A DNA stretch of 64,000 nucleotides from Sulfurimonadaceae bacterium. Its GTDB lineage: Bacteria > Campylobacterota > Campylobacteria > Campylobacterales > Sulfurimonadaceae. This document shows positions 36,483 to 45,668 of the stretch, in pieces. Both the position numbers and the translations under genes were made by a program. The notes below the pieces were generated by a model. It worked only from the letters and a program-made list of their open reading frames with translations, was not told where the DNA came from and did not search any database. Location: positions 6,378-70,377 of the forward strand of contig JBFEXS010000001.1 of assembly GCA_041562555.1 (NCBI GenBank), in the 5' to 3' direction. Numbering within the stretch: position 1 is the first letter of the stretch; each line of letters opens with the position of its first letter.

Positions 36483-37718
36483 ATGTCAGACTTACCGGAA
36501 TGTTTACAGCCTGCTGTTGCACAACTTGAAAAATACGAAACTCAGATCGCTGCCTTAGAGAGTAAGAATCATAACCTTGATGACAACCTGAGAACTCTGC
36601 ATGAGGAAAAAGAAGCACTTCGTCAGAAGATCGAAGAGGAGACCAAAGCCCATGCCCTGGCCCTTGAGAGTTTTGAAAAAGAGAAACTGACTTTACGAGA
36701 ACTCAACCTCGTCGTCAGTGAACAGTTAAAAGAAAAATCGCAAGAGTTAAGTGCACTTAATCAATCACGTTCAGACCTTGAAGAAGAAAACAGCCGCTTT
36801 AAAACATTGAATTCTCAGTTGAGTGAACAAAATGAAAAAGTAAGCAGTGAGTCGTTGCACGTTAACGTACAGCAAGAAGCCCTTTCGACTGAAGCGAGCA
36901 GGTTGCGTGAAGAAGTGGAGAAACTGCGTTCAGAAAACAGCGCCCTAAAAGAAGAGGTCTCTGCCTTGACTTTGGTCAACAGTGCGATGCATCAGCGTCA
37001 GCAAAGTCTGGCTCAGGGCACAGAGGGCAGTGTTGATGATAGTGCCCTGTTAGCTGAGATTGACAGGCTTAAAGGTGAGTTGAATAAAGCAAATAGCGGT
37101 GAAGGAGGGGACATCTCTTTCTTGAAAAGTGAGAATGAACGTCTGATGCAGCGCCATGGCGAGATCACCCAGGAGAAGATGCAGGCTTCTGCGAAGATGC
37201 ATGCCGCTCAGGATGAGCTTGTCGGCGTGAAAGCACGATTGGATGAAGCAAGTAAGCATATTGAACAGCTTGAGTTTGAACATCAAGGTCTGCAGAACTT
37301 ACATAAGAACCTGCTTGAAGAGAGAGATGCTCTGATTGCAGATAACAGTACCCTGGTAGAAGACAAAGCAAAACTGGATGAGAAGGTTCAACATCTTAGC
37401 GAGACTATTCAGCGTGTATCCACTGAGAAAGAGCTTGTCGAACAAGAACTCAACCAAGAACATATCAAAGCCGATGCGATGACGGAAGAAGTGAATCATC
37501 TTCGTTTAAAAAGCCGGACCCTGGCTGAAGAGATCAAAGCGCTCAAGCAAGAGGCTCAAGCTGCTGCCGAACAGGATCTGCAACCCGAAGTCCAAGTGCT
37601 GGAGATCAGAGATGATGAAGAAGTTCCCGGCTCACATGATATTGAGATTGTTGTTCCAAGCACGAACGAAGGTCCGCACTTTCCAGGTGAGTTCCATCGT
37701 GAAGAGGAAAACAGGTAG
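36483..37718 (+). CDS. Long coiled-coil protein with an acidic tail
   Basis: 411 aa, almost entirely heptad-like E/L/K/Q/S sequence. No TM helix, signal peptide or NTPase motif. Confidence 0.7.
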   Translation: MSDLPECLQPAVAQLEKYETQIAALESKNHNLDDNLRTLHEEKEALRQKIEEETKAHALALESFEKEKLTLRELNLVVSEQLKEKSQELSALNQSRSDLEEENSRFKTLNSQLSEQNEKVSSESLHVNVQQEALSTEASRLREEVEKLRSENSALKEEVSALTLVNSAMHQRQQSLAQGTEGSVDDSALLAEIDRLKGELNKANSGEGGDISFLKSENERLMQRHGEITQEKMQASAKMHAAQDELVGVKARLDEASKHIEQLEFEHQGLQNLHKNLLEERDALIADNSTLVEDKAKLDEKVQHLSETIQRVSTEKELVEQELNQEHIKADAMTEEVNHLRLKSRTLAEEIKALKQEAQAAAEQDLQPEVQVLEIRDDEEVPGSHDIEIVVPSTNEGPHFPGEFHREEENR

Positions 37719-37781
37719 CGCCAATCTCTTCACAAGCCTTTTTTCGTTATCCTTGCACCAATTAATAGCAGCAGGATAATC

Positions 37782-38687
37782 ATGTCAGATAAAAAAATCA
37801 TTATTTTAGATACGGAAACAACAGGAGTTCTTGAAGAAGACCGTATCATTCAGTTAAGCTACCTTGTGACGGATGCTGATGGAAACATTGAAGAAGTCCA
37901 TAACGAGTTTTGTCAAGCCCCTTTAGCCATAAAGTTTGATGCAATGGCCATTCATCACATCACCCCAGAGATGCTTGAAGGAAAGCCCGAATGTACACAG
38001 CTTAAGGCCTTTTCCCGTCTACAGGAATTAAACACACCGGAAAATATCATCGTTATTCAAAGTGCCGAGTTCGATCTGGGTATGCTGGAAAAAGAGGGCT
38101 TTATCTCACAGATGAAGCTTATTGACACCTTTAGAATACACCGTTATTTTTACCATGAAGATCCTCATGGTCTGCAATATAATCGATATGCATTGGGACT
38201 GTATCAAAAAGAGGCAGCGCAAATGCAGGAATTGGGTGTGCAGATCGCTGCCCATGATGCACTGGGTGATGTCATTGTATTAAAAAATTTTTATGATCAT
38301 CTGCTGAAAAGTCATAGTGAAGAGACGATGATCGACATGTGTTCAAAGCCTATTCTGATGGAGATCATGCCTTTTGGTAAACATAAGGGTAAACGTATAG
38401 AAGAAGTGGCCGTCAGCGAAAGACGCAGTTTGTCGTATATGCTTGAGACCTTTGACCTTGATCAGGATCTGCGTTACAGCTTTGAATATTATTATGAACT
38501 GATGAAAGATCAAGCGTCTTTGATCATAGGCTTTGGAAAATATAAAGGAAAGGCTCCGGCTGATATTGTTCATGAAGACCGTTCGTATTTGGAATGGATG
38601 CATAATAAAGCAGAAAACATAGCGGTCGAATTGAAAGTGGAGATCAAGCGCGTACTAGATGAGACGGCTGCACAGGGAAAAAACTGA
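37782..38687 (+). CDS. DEDDh 3'-5' exonuclease (ExoX/DnaQ-like) with two C-terminal DUF3820-like modules
   Basis: Exo I 'ILDTETTG', Exo II 'SAEFDLGML' and Exo III 'HDALGD'. The C-terminus carries 'MPFGKHKGKRIEEV' and 'GFGKYKGKAPADIV...YLEWM'. Confidence 0.8.
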   Translation: MSDKKIIILDTETTGVLEEDRIIQLSYLVTDADGNIEEVHNEFCQAPLAIKFDAMAIHHITPEMLEGKPECTQLKAFSRLQELNTPENIIVIQSAEFDLGMLEKEGFISQMKLIDTFRIHRYFYHEDPHGLQYNRYALGLYQKEAAQMQELGVQIAAHDALGDVIVLKNFYDHLLKSHSEETMIDMCSKPILMEIMPFGKHKGKRIEEVAVSERRSLSYMLETFDLDQDLRYSFEYYYELMKDQASLIIGFGKYKGKAPADIVHEDRSYLEWMHNKAENIAVELKVEIKRVLDETAAQGKN

Positions 38688-38798
38688 TCTGTCATTAGAA
38701 CCTTGCTGCGTTTTAAGTTTTATGACTAACTTATCAAGAGATCGAATGATTCAATTAAAAACCAGTAGGATTTGAAAAAAATCAAAGGGTGTGTTCAC

Positions 38799-39932
38799 AT
38801 GGATCAATTTGAGGTGAATAAGGCAATAGAGGACTTTATGCATCCAACGGTATATACCGGTGTCAAACCTGTGTTACTGGTTGCGGAGGAGCTGGCGACT
38901 GAACATGGGGTAGGCCAGGTCGTTGAAGCTGTCTGGGCCGGTATCAACTCGGATAAAGAGTTCAATTACATATCCAAATTTGCCGTGAGTGGAAAGATAA
39001 TCCTCGACAAATACTACCGGCAAGATGAGAGAGAGCCTTTTCGGGGCAGATTGGCACTTGCAAGTAGAGACAATCTGGAGAAAGTGGTACTGCATCGCAA
39101 TTGTCTGGAAGAGATAAAGCTTCTAAAAGCTAAAAGAGCCCAGGTGCTCGATCAGATCAGACGGGACTTTGATGATCTTCACAGAATATGCTCAGATGAT
39201 GAAGAAATCTACCTTTTCGAGAAGAAAGATGGAGACTGGGAAGAAGAGTTCTTTAGTGATCTGAACATCAATATACCCTACAGACTGATTGATTGTCAAA
39301 AAAATGAGAACTCCCTTCAGCTGCATCTGCATAACCCAAAACTGGGCAGAGCCAAAAAATATCCAAATACGGACAGGTTTTACGGATATTTCGTCGGATC
39401 ACAGGCGGAGATAGCGGGATTGAAACTAAAAAGTGAGAGTTATTTTACACGTATTGTCTCTTTGGAAAACAATGCAAAAAAGCTGATAAAAGCGATTGAA
39501 TGGCTGGACCTGGAAGATGCGCGTATAAAAACAGCCATCGAAAAATTGCCTCAGCATCCCTTTGAAGAGTATTTTCGTTATGTCAAAAAGGATGATGTCC
39601 GAAGGGTTGATGTCTCTGAGGCTTTGGTCGAAACGCTTAAGAAGATCATCCTGAAGCATATGCCTGAAAACAATACTCCTATGGGTATGGAATATATTCC
39701 CATCGACAGGTTGTTGTATCTTTTTCATATGATCATTTCGCGAGATGAGGCACTTGTCGCACTTGAGTCATGTGATATCGTTTATGAACCTCCCGGGGTG
39801 CTGCTCGGATACGGAGGCGAACGTAAGCTCCCGCCTAAGTACCTGGTACCTATCCGTCATGTCGCCCATGCATACCAAAGGTTTCCCAGTTTTATGAGTG
39901 TGTGTGAGGGCTTTGTTGATGATACCGTGTAA
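38799..39932 (+). CDS. Hypothetical protein (about 377 aa), no recognisable motif
   Basis: Long ORF co-directional with the exonuclease gene. The ATG at 38799 follows AAAGGGTG; a TTG alternative exists at 38772. Confidence 0.6.
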   Translation: MDQFEVNKAIEDFMHPTVYTGVKPVLLVAEELATEHGVGQVVEAVWAGINSDKEFNYISKFAVSGKIILDKYYRQDEREPFRGRLALASRDNLEKVVLHRNCLEEIKLLKAKRAQVLDQIRRDFDDLHRICSDDEEIYLFEKKDGDWEEEFFSDLNINIPYRLIDCQKNENSLQLHLHNPKLGRAKKYPNTDRFYGYFVGSQAEIAGLKLKSESYFTRIVSLENNAKKLIKAIEWLDLEDARIKTAIEKLPQHPFEEYFRYVKKDDVRRVDVSEALVETLKKIILKHMPENNTPMGMEYIPIDRLLYLFHMIISRDEALVALESCDIVYEPPGVLLGYGGERKLPPKYLVPIRHVAHAYQRFPSFMSVCEGFVDDTV

Positions 39933-40014
39933 TAGTATGAATATTTTATTTTAGGTTTTAAAATATTTGGTTACTGTTCTCTTATTTAAATGATGTGCAA
40001 TAAGGAAAAATAGC

Positions 40015-40389
40015 ATGAATATACGCGTTTATTATGAAGATACGGACATGGGCGGGATCGTCTATCATGCTAACTATTTGAAGTTTTGTGAACGTGACCG
40101 CAGTGAAAAGTTTTTTCAAAGCGGTGTGACACCTCATTTTGAGGGAGGAGAATTTGTGGCAGTAAGTCTGCAGGCAGACTTTAAAGCACCGGCGCAATTG
40201 GGCGACCTTTTAGAGGTCAAGACAGAGATACTCTCCTTAAGCCGAAGCGTCTTGACCTTGGATCAGAAGGTGTTCAAAGAGGATAAACTCCTGTTTGACA
40301 TGCAGATCAAATTAGGCTTTGTCAAAGAAGGAAAACTTGGACGTATGACTGAGGACACCCAGGAGAAAATCCAGAGTATGTTCTCGTAA
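40015..40389 (+). CDS. ybgC: Acyl-CoA thioesterase, YbgC/4HBT family
   Basis: 'YYEDTDMGGIVYHANYLKFCE' hot-dog-fold motif. 124 aa. Confidence 0.85.
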   Translation: MNIRVYYEDTDMGGIVYHANYLKFCERDRSEKFFQSGVTPHFEGGEFVAVSLQADFKAPAQLGDLLEVKTEILSLSRSVLTLDQKVFKEDKLLFDMQIKLGFVKEGKLGRMTEDTQEKIQSMFS

Positions 40390-40391
40390 TA

Positions 40392-40619
40392 TCAGTGGTA
40401 GTTCACCCTGATGATGGATTGCTCTTTTCTGCGTTCCGGGTAAAACCTGCATTGAAAGGGAAAGACGAAACTCATGGAGTGTTTGCTCTTTTCTTTGAGT
40501 GCTGTATGCAGGTCGGTGAAATAGGCAATAGGCTCGATATAACGTGTCCGGTTCCCATGGACGTCTTGTCCATAGAAGACTTTTTGTAATGAGAATGAGA
40601 TACCTGTAGGTTTTCGCAT
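40392..40619 (-). CDS. Hypothetical 75-aa protein
   Basis: ATG preceded by AAGGA at good spacing. No family recognised. Confidence 0.4.
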   Translation of the reverse strand: MRKPTGISFSLQKVFYGQDVHGNRTRYIEPIAYFTDLHTALKEKSKHSMSFVFPFQCRFYPERRKEQSIIRVNYH

Positions 40620-40748
40620 GAAGTTTCCTTTATTTGAAAATCTTTAGTATATGGTAGCAGTTTGTTGTCACATTGATATTACAAAAAATTATAAATATGG
40701 GCAAAGAAGGAAAAGAGGATATAAAGAGAAACTGTCATACTGAAGAGC

Positions 40749-42104
40749 TTATATCTCTTCAGTGTCTCCATCTTCTGCAAAGAGTGTCTGCTCAGCGTCA
40801 TCCTGGACTGTCTCTATAGTGATAAAACGTGAGAAGGTCGGTTTGACGATGGAGATCGGATACTCTATCTGATTGGCGATCATCTCCTGAGGATATTCTC
40901 TGTGTGCAGATGTGATCAGATGATAAAAGTAATCGGCTCCAATTGTCGTCGCATAATTGATCCAGTCATAAACGATGTTGTTGTGTAAAAGGGTGTTAGA
41001 CTCTATCATGACATTATTGTGATAGTTGATCGAGTTGGCAACAAGCATCTTCTCTCTGTCTCGTGGCTGGGTAAGCAGAAGAAGTTCCGGGTTATAGTTG
41101 ATCTGAGTTGATAGGACATTGGTCGTGTTCACATCATAAAGGGTGAGTTGGGACATTACCATGGCACTTTTAACCACCGGAGTGTTCAGCAGGAATGAGC
41201 CTTCTTGAATGCGATTGTTCTCTTTAAGCTGAGATTCCACATTAGAGGTCCGTTTGGCAATTGGAAAGGAATAGAACTTTGGTTCAGCTGAGTAGGTGAG
41301 GTTCTGCTCATCAAGTTCCTCTTGCGTCAATTCTATCCCCTCTTCATCCTTATAGATGATGCGGTTGAGTGTGATATTCTGATCAAAGGCATCCAAATAG
41401 GCATCTTTCGTTATTTCAGTCAACTTTTTACCAAGACTGTTCTTATCATAAAAGACTGTCAGCGGTGTTGCGGAATAGGGCATCAGGCTCTCAAGCTGCT
41501 TTTTATAGTTTATCGCACCATAATAGGTGTATTCAGATGAGATATTCATGTCATCTTTATGGATGGTTGGGAAATAGATATGCATCGGTAAATCCAAGGA
41601 GACGACATTATGGGCTCCCTCAAGTGTTAATGGGGCGATGACATAATGAAAGTCATCCTCTTCTATCTGTTGCAGTACACGCTGGAGCTCTTCGGAATCT
41701 TCTGACTCTGCATGGTATGTTTTTAGTTCAAAGGCTCTGTTCTTGGTAAGATAGTAGGCGAACGCAGCATTGGTCGTGGAGTATGCATATCGTCCGATGA
41801 CACGGTAAGGCAAGAGCATGGCAATCTTAAGTTCTGTGTATTGGCGAATACGTTCAACATTGAACAGTGCCGTCTTGATCAGTAGCATATCGTTTAAGAC
41901 AGGGTCATCGATCTTGTCTTTAGAATGGGCTAAAAAGCTGAAAAAACGCTCCTGCTCGATAAACTCATAAAGACATTCATTGTCACATTCACGATCATCT
42001 GTGTTAAGTACATAGGTCTTTGGCAGAGGAACTGATGATACAAGAAAGCTCTGGGCATACAGTGCATTGAGTAAAAACAGCAAGAGTATAAAATGTTTTG
42101 TCAT
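40749..42104 (-). CDS. Secreted protein of unknown function (451 aa)
   Basis: Cleavable-looking signal peptide 'FILLLFLLNALYAQS'. Starts 17 nt downstream of the UDG-like gene on the same strand. Confidence 0.65.
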   Translation of the reverse strand: MTKHFILLLFLLNALYAQSFLVSSVPLPKTYVLNTDDRECDNECLYEFIEQERFFSFLAHSKDKIDDPVLNDMLLIKTALFNVERIRQYTELKIAMLLPYRVIGRYAYSTTNAAFAYYLTKNRAFELKTYHAESEDSEELQRVLQQIEEDDFHYVIAPLTLEGAHNVVSLDLPMHIYFPTIHKDDMNISSEYTYYGAINYKKQLESLMPYSATPLTVFYDKNSLGKKLTEITKDAYLDAFDQNITLNRIIYKDEEGIELTQEELDEQNLTYSAEPKFYSFPIAKRTSNVESQLKENNRIQEGSFLLNTPVVKSAMVMSQLTLYDVNTTNVLSTQINYNPELLLLTQPRDREKMLVANSINYHNNVMIESNTLLHNNIVYDWINYATTIGADYFYHLITSAHREYPQEMIANQIEYPISIVKPTFSRFITIETVQDDAEQTLFAEDGDTEEI

Positions 42105-42121
42105 ATTCCGTTTTCCTTTTG

Positions 42122-42805
42122 TTATATAGACATTGTTTGATTAAGGTGATCTTTGATCTTGATCAGGTCATCCATTGTACACTTTTTTAGTGAAGGATTG
42201 CGTAACAGATGAGCAGGATGATAGATTGGAACGATAATCCGTTTGTCATAGGGTATCTTTTCACCTCTGGCGTGCTCAAAACTGCCTGCATCTTTGATCA
42301 GAGTAGTATACGCAAGCTCTCCGAGGCAAACGATGATCTTTGGGTCGACCAGTTCGATCTGCTTAAGCAAATAGGGTTTGCACGACGAGAGTTCCGAATC
42401 AAGGATCTTGTGTTGATGAGAGGGACGGCATTTCAATGCATGAGTCAGATAGATGTCATGGAGATTCAGTCCCAAGACATTCTCGATCATCTTCTTTAAT
42501 GAAGAACCTGAACGCCCGGAAAAACTATCACCATTCTCATCTTCTATCATGGAAGGGGAACCGTCAATGAACATGATCTGAGCATTTGGGTTTCCGCCTC
42601 CGACAAGTACACGTTGGCGTACTTTACTCAGGTCACACAAGTGGCACTGCGACATCTGGGCATGGAGTGCATTCAGATCAGAAGGAAGCCTTAGGTCTCG
42701 TTCTTGCAGCTCTTTGTTCGCACTGACCGGGTCTATATACGAGAATCCCAAAGATTTATAACGGTAAAGAGATTTGAGTAAGACAAGGTTCTGATACGAC
42801 TTCAA
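42122..42805 (-). CDS. Family-4-like uracil-DNA glycosylase with an N-terminal extension
   Basis: 'CHLCDL', 'GGGNPNAQIMFIDGSPS', 'ALKCRP' and 'YHPAHLLRNP' resemble family-4 UDG motifs A and B plus the Fe-S cysteines. TTG start after AGGA. Confidence 0.7.
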   Translation of the reverse strand: MKSYQNLVLLKSLYRYKSLGFSYIDPVSANKELQERDLRLPSDLNALHAQMSQCHLCDLSKVRQRVLVGGGNPNAQIMFIDGSPSMIEDENGDSFSGRSGSSLKKMIENVLGLNLHDIYLTHALKCRPSHQHKILDSELSSCKPYLLKQIELVDPKIIVCLGELAYTTLIKDAGSFEHARGEKIPYDKRIIVPIYHPAHLLRNPSLKKCTMDDLIKIKDHLNQTMSI

Positions 42806-42940
42806 AGATATTCCTAAATTTAGTATCTTAGTCTATCCAAGGCAGCGTTAAATGCAACTAAAAGTGTAGACAATCAGTCTGAAAATGGATATTGGTAACA
42901 AGATGACAGTTTAAAAAAAGAGGTGAAAAAGAGAGGTGGC

Positions 42941-42960
42941 CATAAGGTGGTTACCTTATG
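42941..42960 (-). terminator. Rho-independent terminator of the superoxide reductase gene
   Basis: CATAAGGT-loop-ACCTTATG (8-bp stem), followed on the minus strand by 'CTCTCTTTTTCACCTCTTTTTTT'. Confidence 0.6.
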
Positions 42961-42973
42961 ACGCAAGCAGCGA

Positions 42974-43360
42974 TTATTGAGCTACTTCTACTTCAACCGG
43001 AGTTGATTCCCAGATACCGTGTTTCGTACAGTAACCATGAGCAACCAGGTTAAGTTTTTTACCCATTGGGCGGATGTTGAATGTTACTTCAGCATGAGAT
43101 TTTTCATTTCCAAGTGTACCTGGAACAAACTCTGCAGCAGCAAGTTTAGTCTCACCGTCAAAAAGAGTGATACTTTCGATGAAGTGATCGAAATCATCTG
43201 GGTGAGTATATTCTTGACCCATTTTAACGTTAACTGCAAGCATCTCACCTTTTTTAGCTTCACCTGCAACAGTGATGAATGGAGAGTGACGGTCAATTAA
43301 ATCTTTTTTAGCTTCACGCTCAACTGTATCGATGTCTACATACTTATTAATCTTTGGCAT
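42974..43360 (-). CDS. 1Fe superoxide reductase (neelaredoxin-type)
   Basis: All SOR iron ligands are present: 'DRHSP', 'THPDDFDHFI' and 'YCTKHGIWES'. There is no N-terminal desulforedoxin domain. Confidence 0.8.
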   Translation of the reverse strand: MPKINKYVDIDTVEREAKKDLIDRHSPFITVAGEAKKGEMLAVNVKMGQEYTHPDDFDHFIESITLFDGETKLAAAEFVPGTLGNEKSHAEVTFNIRPMGKKLNLVAHGYCTKHGIWESTPVEVEVAQ

Positions 43361-43632
43361 TTTCTGCTCCTAATTGAAATTATGCGGTATTGTAGCCATC
43401 TCAATATTTAATTTAACATAAGTTTTTGAAGTTAATTCTAGTTTCATCTAGATTAAAGGGTGGGAACAATTTTATTTTCAATAGGCAGAGCGGATATTTA
43501 ACAAATTCTCTTATTTCACCGTGTTTCGCAATGGATTTTATTAAAGAAGCATCACTTAAAAGAGGTCAGCTTACCTTGCTTTAACCAAGTCTTGGATAGA
43601 ATCGCAGGATTATTAGAAACATTATAAGGTTT

Positions 43633-45654
43633 ATGTCAATGTTACAACCATTATTGATTGAAATTGGTGTTGAAGAACTTCCGGCAGTTCCTCTCCTGAA
43701 TGAGCTGGAAAATATTGAAAAGAAATGGTCGAAAGTATTAGAAGAGAATGCTTTGCTGTGTGAGTTTGAATTTTACTATACACCTCGCCGTCTTGTCTTA
43801 TGGCACAGAGAATTCCAAAGTTCTCAGGATGATTCAATAGAGGAGTTCTTTGGTGCACCTGTCGCCATCGCTTTCGATGAGACTGGAAAACCTACCAAGG
43901 CGTGTGAAGGTTTCGCACGTAAATGTGGTGTAAGCGTAGAAGAACTCGGACGCAACGAAAAGGGCGGTAAAGAAGTCCTATATTATAAAAAAGAGATCAA
44001 GGGACAGGAGAGTAAGAACCTGCTTCAAGGGATGATCACCGAGTTTATGAAAAGTCTTAACTTTGGAAAGTCTATGCGCTGGGGAAGCCTGAGCGAAAGT
44101 TTTATCCGTCCGATTCGATGGTTGAACGTCATGATGGCAGATGAGTTGGTACCGGTTGAATTGTTCGGTGTGCATTCATCAAAGCAGACATTCGTACATA
44201 GAATCGCTTCCTTTGAGGGAAAAGCTGTAGAGGGTGTCGAAGCCTATTTTAAATCTTTGCAAGAGGGTTCAGTCACACTTTTCCCGGCACTCAGACGTGA
44301 GTCTATCCTTGAAGGGTTTAAAAACATAGAAACAGAAGCAGGCTTGCAGATTGAAAGGGATGAAGAACTTTTAGACGAAGTCGTCGCTATTACCGAAAAC
44401 CCGGTGGCACTTCTGGGGTCTTTTGATGAAGAGTTTTTACGTCTGCCTCCTGAAGTCATCATTGCATCTATGAAAGAGCATCAACGCTATTTTCCTGTGT
44501 TCAAAGAGGGTGTCTTGACAAATAAGTTTGTTGTCGTTTCCAATGCTCTTACAGAGGATTATTCTAAAGTCATCGAAGGAAACGAGAAGGTGCTTCGTCC
44601 GCGTTTGGCCGATGGGCTTTTCTTTTACGATAACGACCTTAAGCGCACATTGATCAATGACGGACTGGAGAAAGTAACGTTTATGAATGGGCTTGGATCC
44701 TTGATTGACAAGATCCAAAGAGAAAAGAAAATCGGTACGTCATTGGCGGAAGCCTTTGGTGTCGATACAGGGAAGGTCGAACGTGCCATTGAACTTTCTA
44801 AAGCAGACCTGATGAGTGAGATGGTCTTTGAATTTACGGAACTTCAGGGGATCATGGGAACCTATTATGCACAAGCGCAGGGTGAGGATGAAGAAGTTGC
44901 TTTAGCGATCAAGGAACAATACCTTCCAAAGGGAGAGAACTCGGAACTTCCGACAACAGGGGTCTCTGCCGTCGTCGCATTGGCAACAAAGCTTGATACT
45001 CTTATCGGGCTGTTTTCCGTTGATCAGATCCCAACAGGTTCACGGGACCCATTTGCGCTTAGACGTGCAGTTAACGGGATTATCCGTATTGTCAATGCCT
45101 TTGGTTTTGAGTTTGATATCTCAAAGATCAAGGAGAGCTTTGGTTCAGAATATGCAGACTTTGATTATACAAGCTTGCAAGAGTTCATTTTAGAACGTAT
45201 CAACCAGTTCTATAAGGTAAACCCGTCGGTGATCAAAGCCGTTATCGCAGCAGATGATCTCTCATTGTGTGTCATTGATGCGAAAATCAAAGCTCTTCAC
45301 GAGATTGTCAGTTCAGAAAACTTCTCTGAGAGTTTTTCAACATTCAAGCGCGTTGCAAATATTACCAAAGACGTGGATATGCATGCTGACCTTGTTGTAA
45401 ACTCTGCATTGTTTGAAAATGAGGCTGAGGGCGACCTCTATCAGGCATATACGGCCGTGAGTTCACAGTCATATGAGAACATCGAGTCACATCTGGATGC
45501 ACTCTTTTCACTCAAACCTCAGTTAGATGTTTTCTTTGATAAAGTTATGGTTAATGCTGATGATGAAACAGTCAGAACAAATCGAAAGAATCTTGTCTCT
45601 TCTGTATACAAAAGCTTTAAGACCATTGCCGATATCAAAGAGATATCGATTTAA
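43633..45654 (+). CDS. glyS: Glycine--tRNA ligase beta subunit
   Basis: 'LLIEIGVEELP' N-terminus. 673 aa. An alternative ATG exists at 43639. Confidence 0.92.
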   Translation: MSMLQPLLIEIGVEELPAVPLLNELENIEKKWSKVLEENALLCEFEFYYTPRRLVLWHREFQSSQDDSIEEFFGAPVAIAFDETGKPTKACEGFARKCGVSVEELGRNEKGGKEVLYYKKEIKGQESKNLLQGMITEFMKSLNFGKSMRWGSLSESFIRPIRWLNVMMADELVPVELFGVHSSKQTFVHRIASFEGKAVEGVEAYFKSLQEGSVTLFPALRRESILEGFKNIETEAGLQIERDEELLDEVVAITENPVALLGSFDEEFLRLPPEVIIASMKEHQRYFPVFKEGVLTNKFVVVSNALTEDYSKVIEGNEKVLRPRLADGLFFYDNDLKRTLINDGLEKVTFMNGLGSLIDKIQREKKIGTSLAEAFGVDTGKVERAIELSKADLMSEMVFEFTELQGIMGTYYAQAQGEDEEVALAIKEQYLPKGENSELPTTGVSAVVALATKLDTLIGLFSVDQIPTGSRDPFALRRAVNGIIRIVNAFGFEFDISKIKESFGSEYADFDYTSLQEFILERINQFYKVNPSVIKAVIAADDLSLCVIDAKIKALHEIVSSENFSESFSTFKRVANITKDVDMHADLVVNSALFENEAEGDLYQAYTAVSSQSYENIESHLDALFSLKPQLDVFFDKVMVNADDETVRTNRKNLVSSVYKSFKTIADIKEISI

Positions 45655-45668
45655 AGCCTGCATATCTT

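Noticed and set aside
39940-39967. AT-only 9-bp inverted repeat (AATATTTTA / TAAAATATT) after the 377-aa orphan gene, as a possible terminator
   Set aside because: The stem is entirely A:T with a 10-nt loop, so predicted stability is very low. It may still mark the end of the cluster but is not reportable as a terminator.
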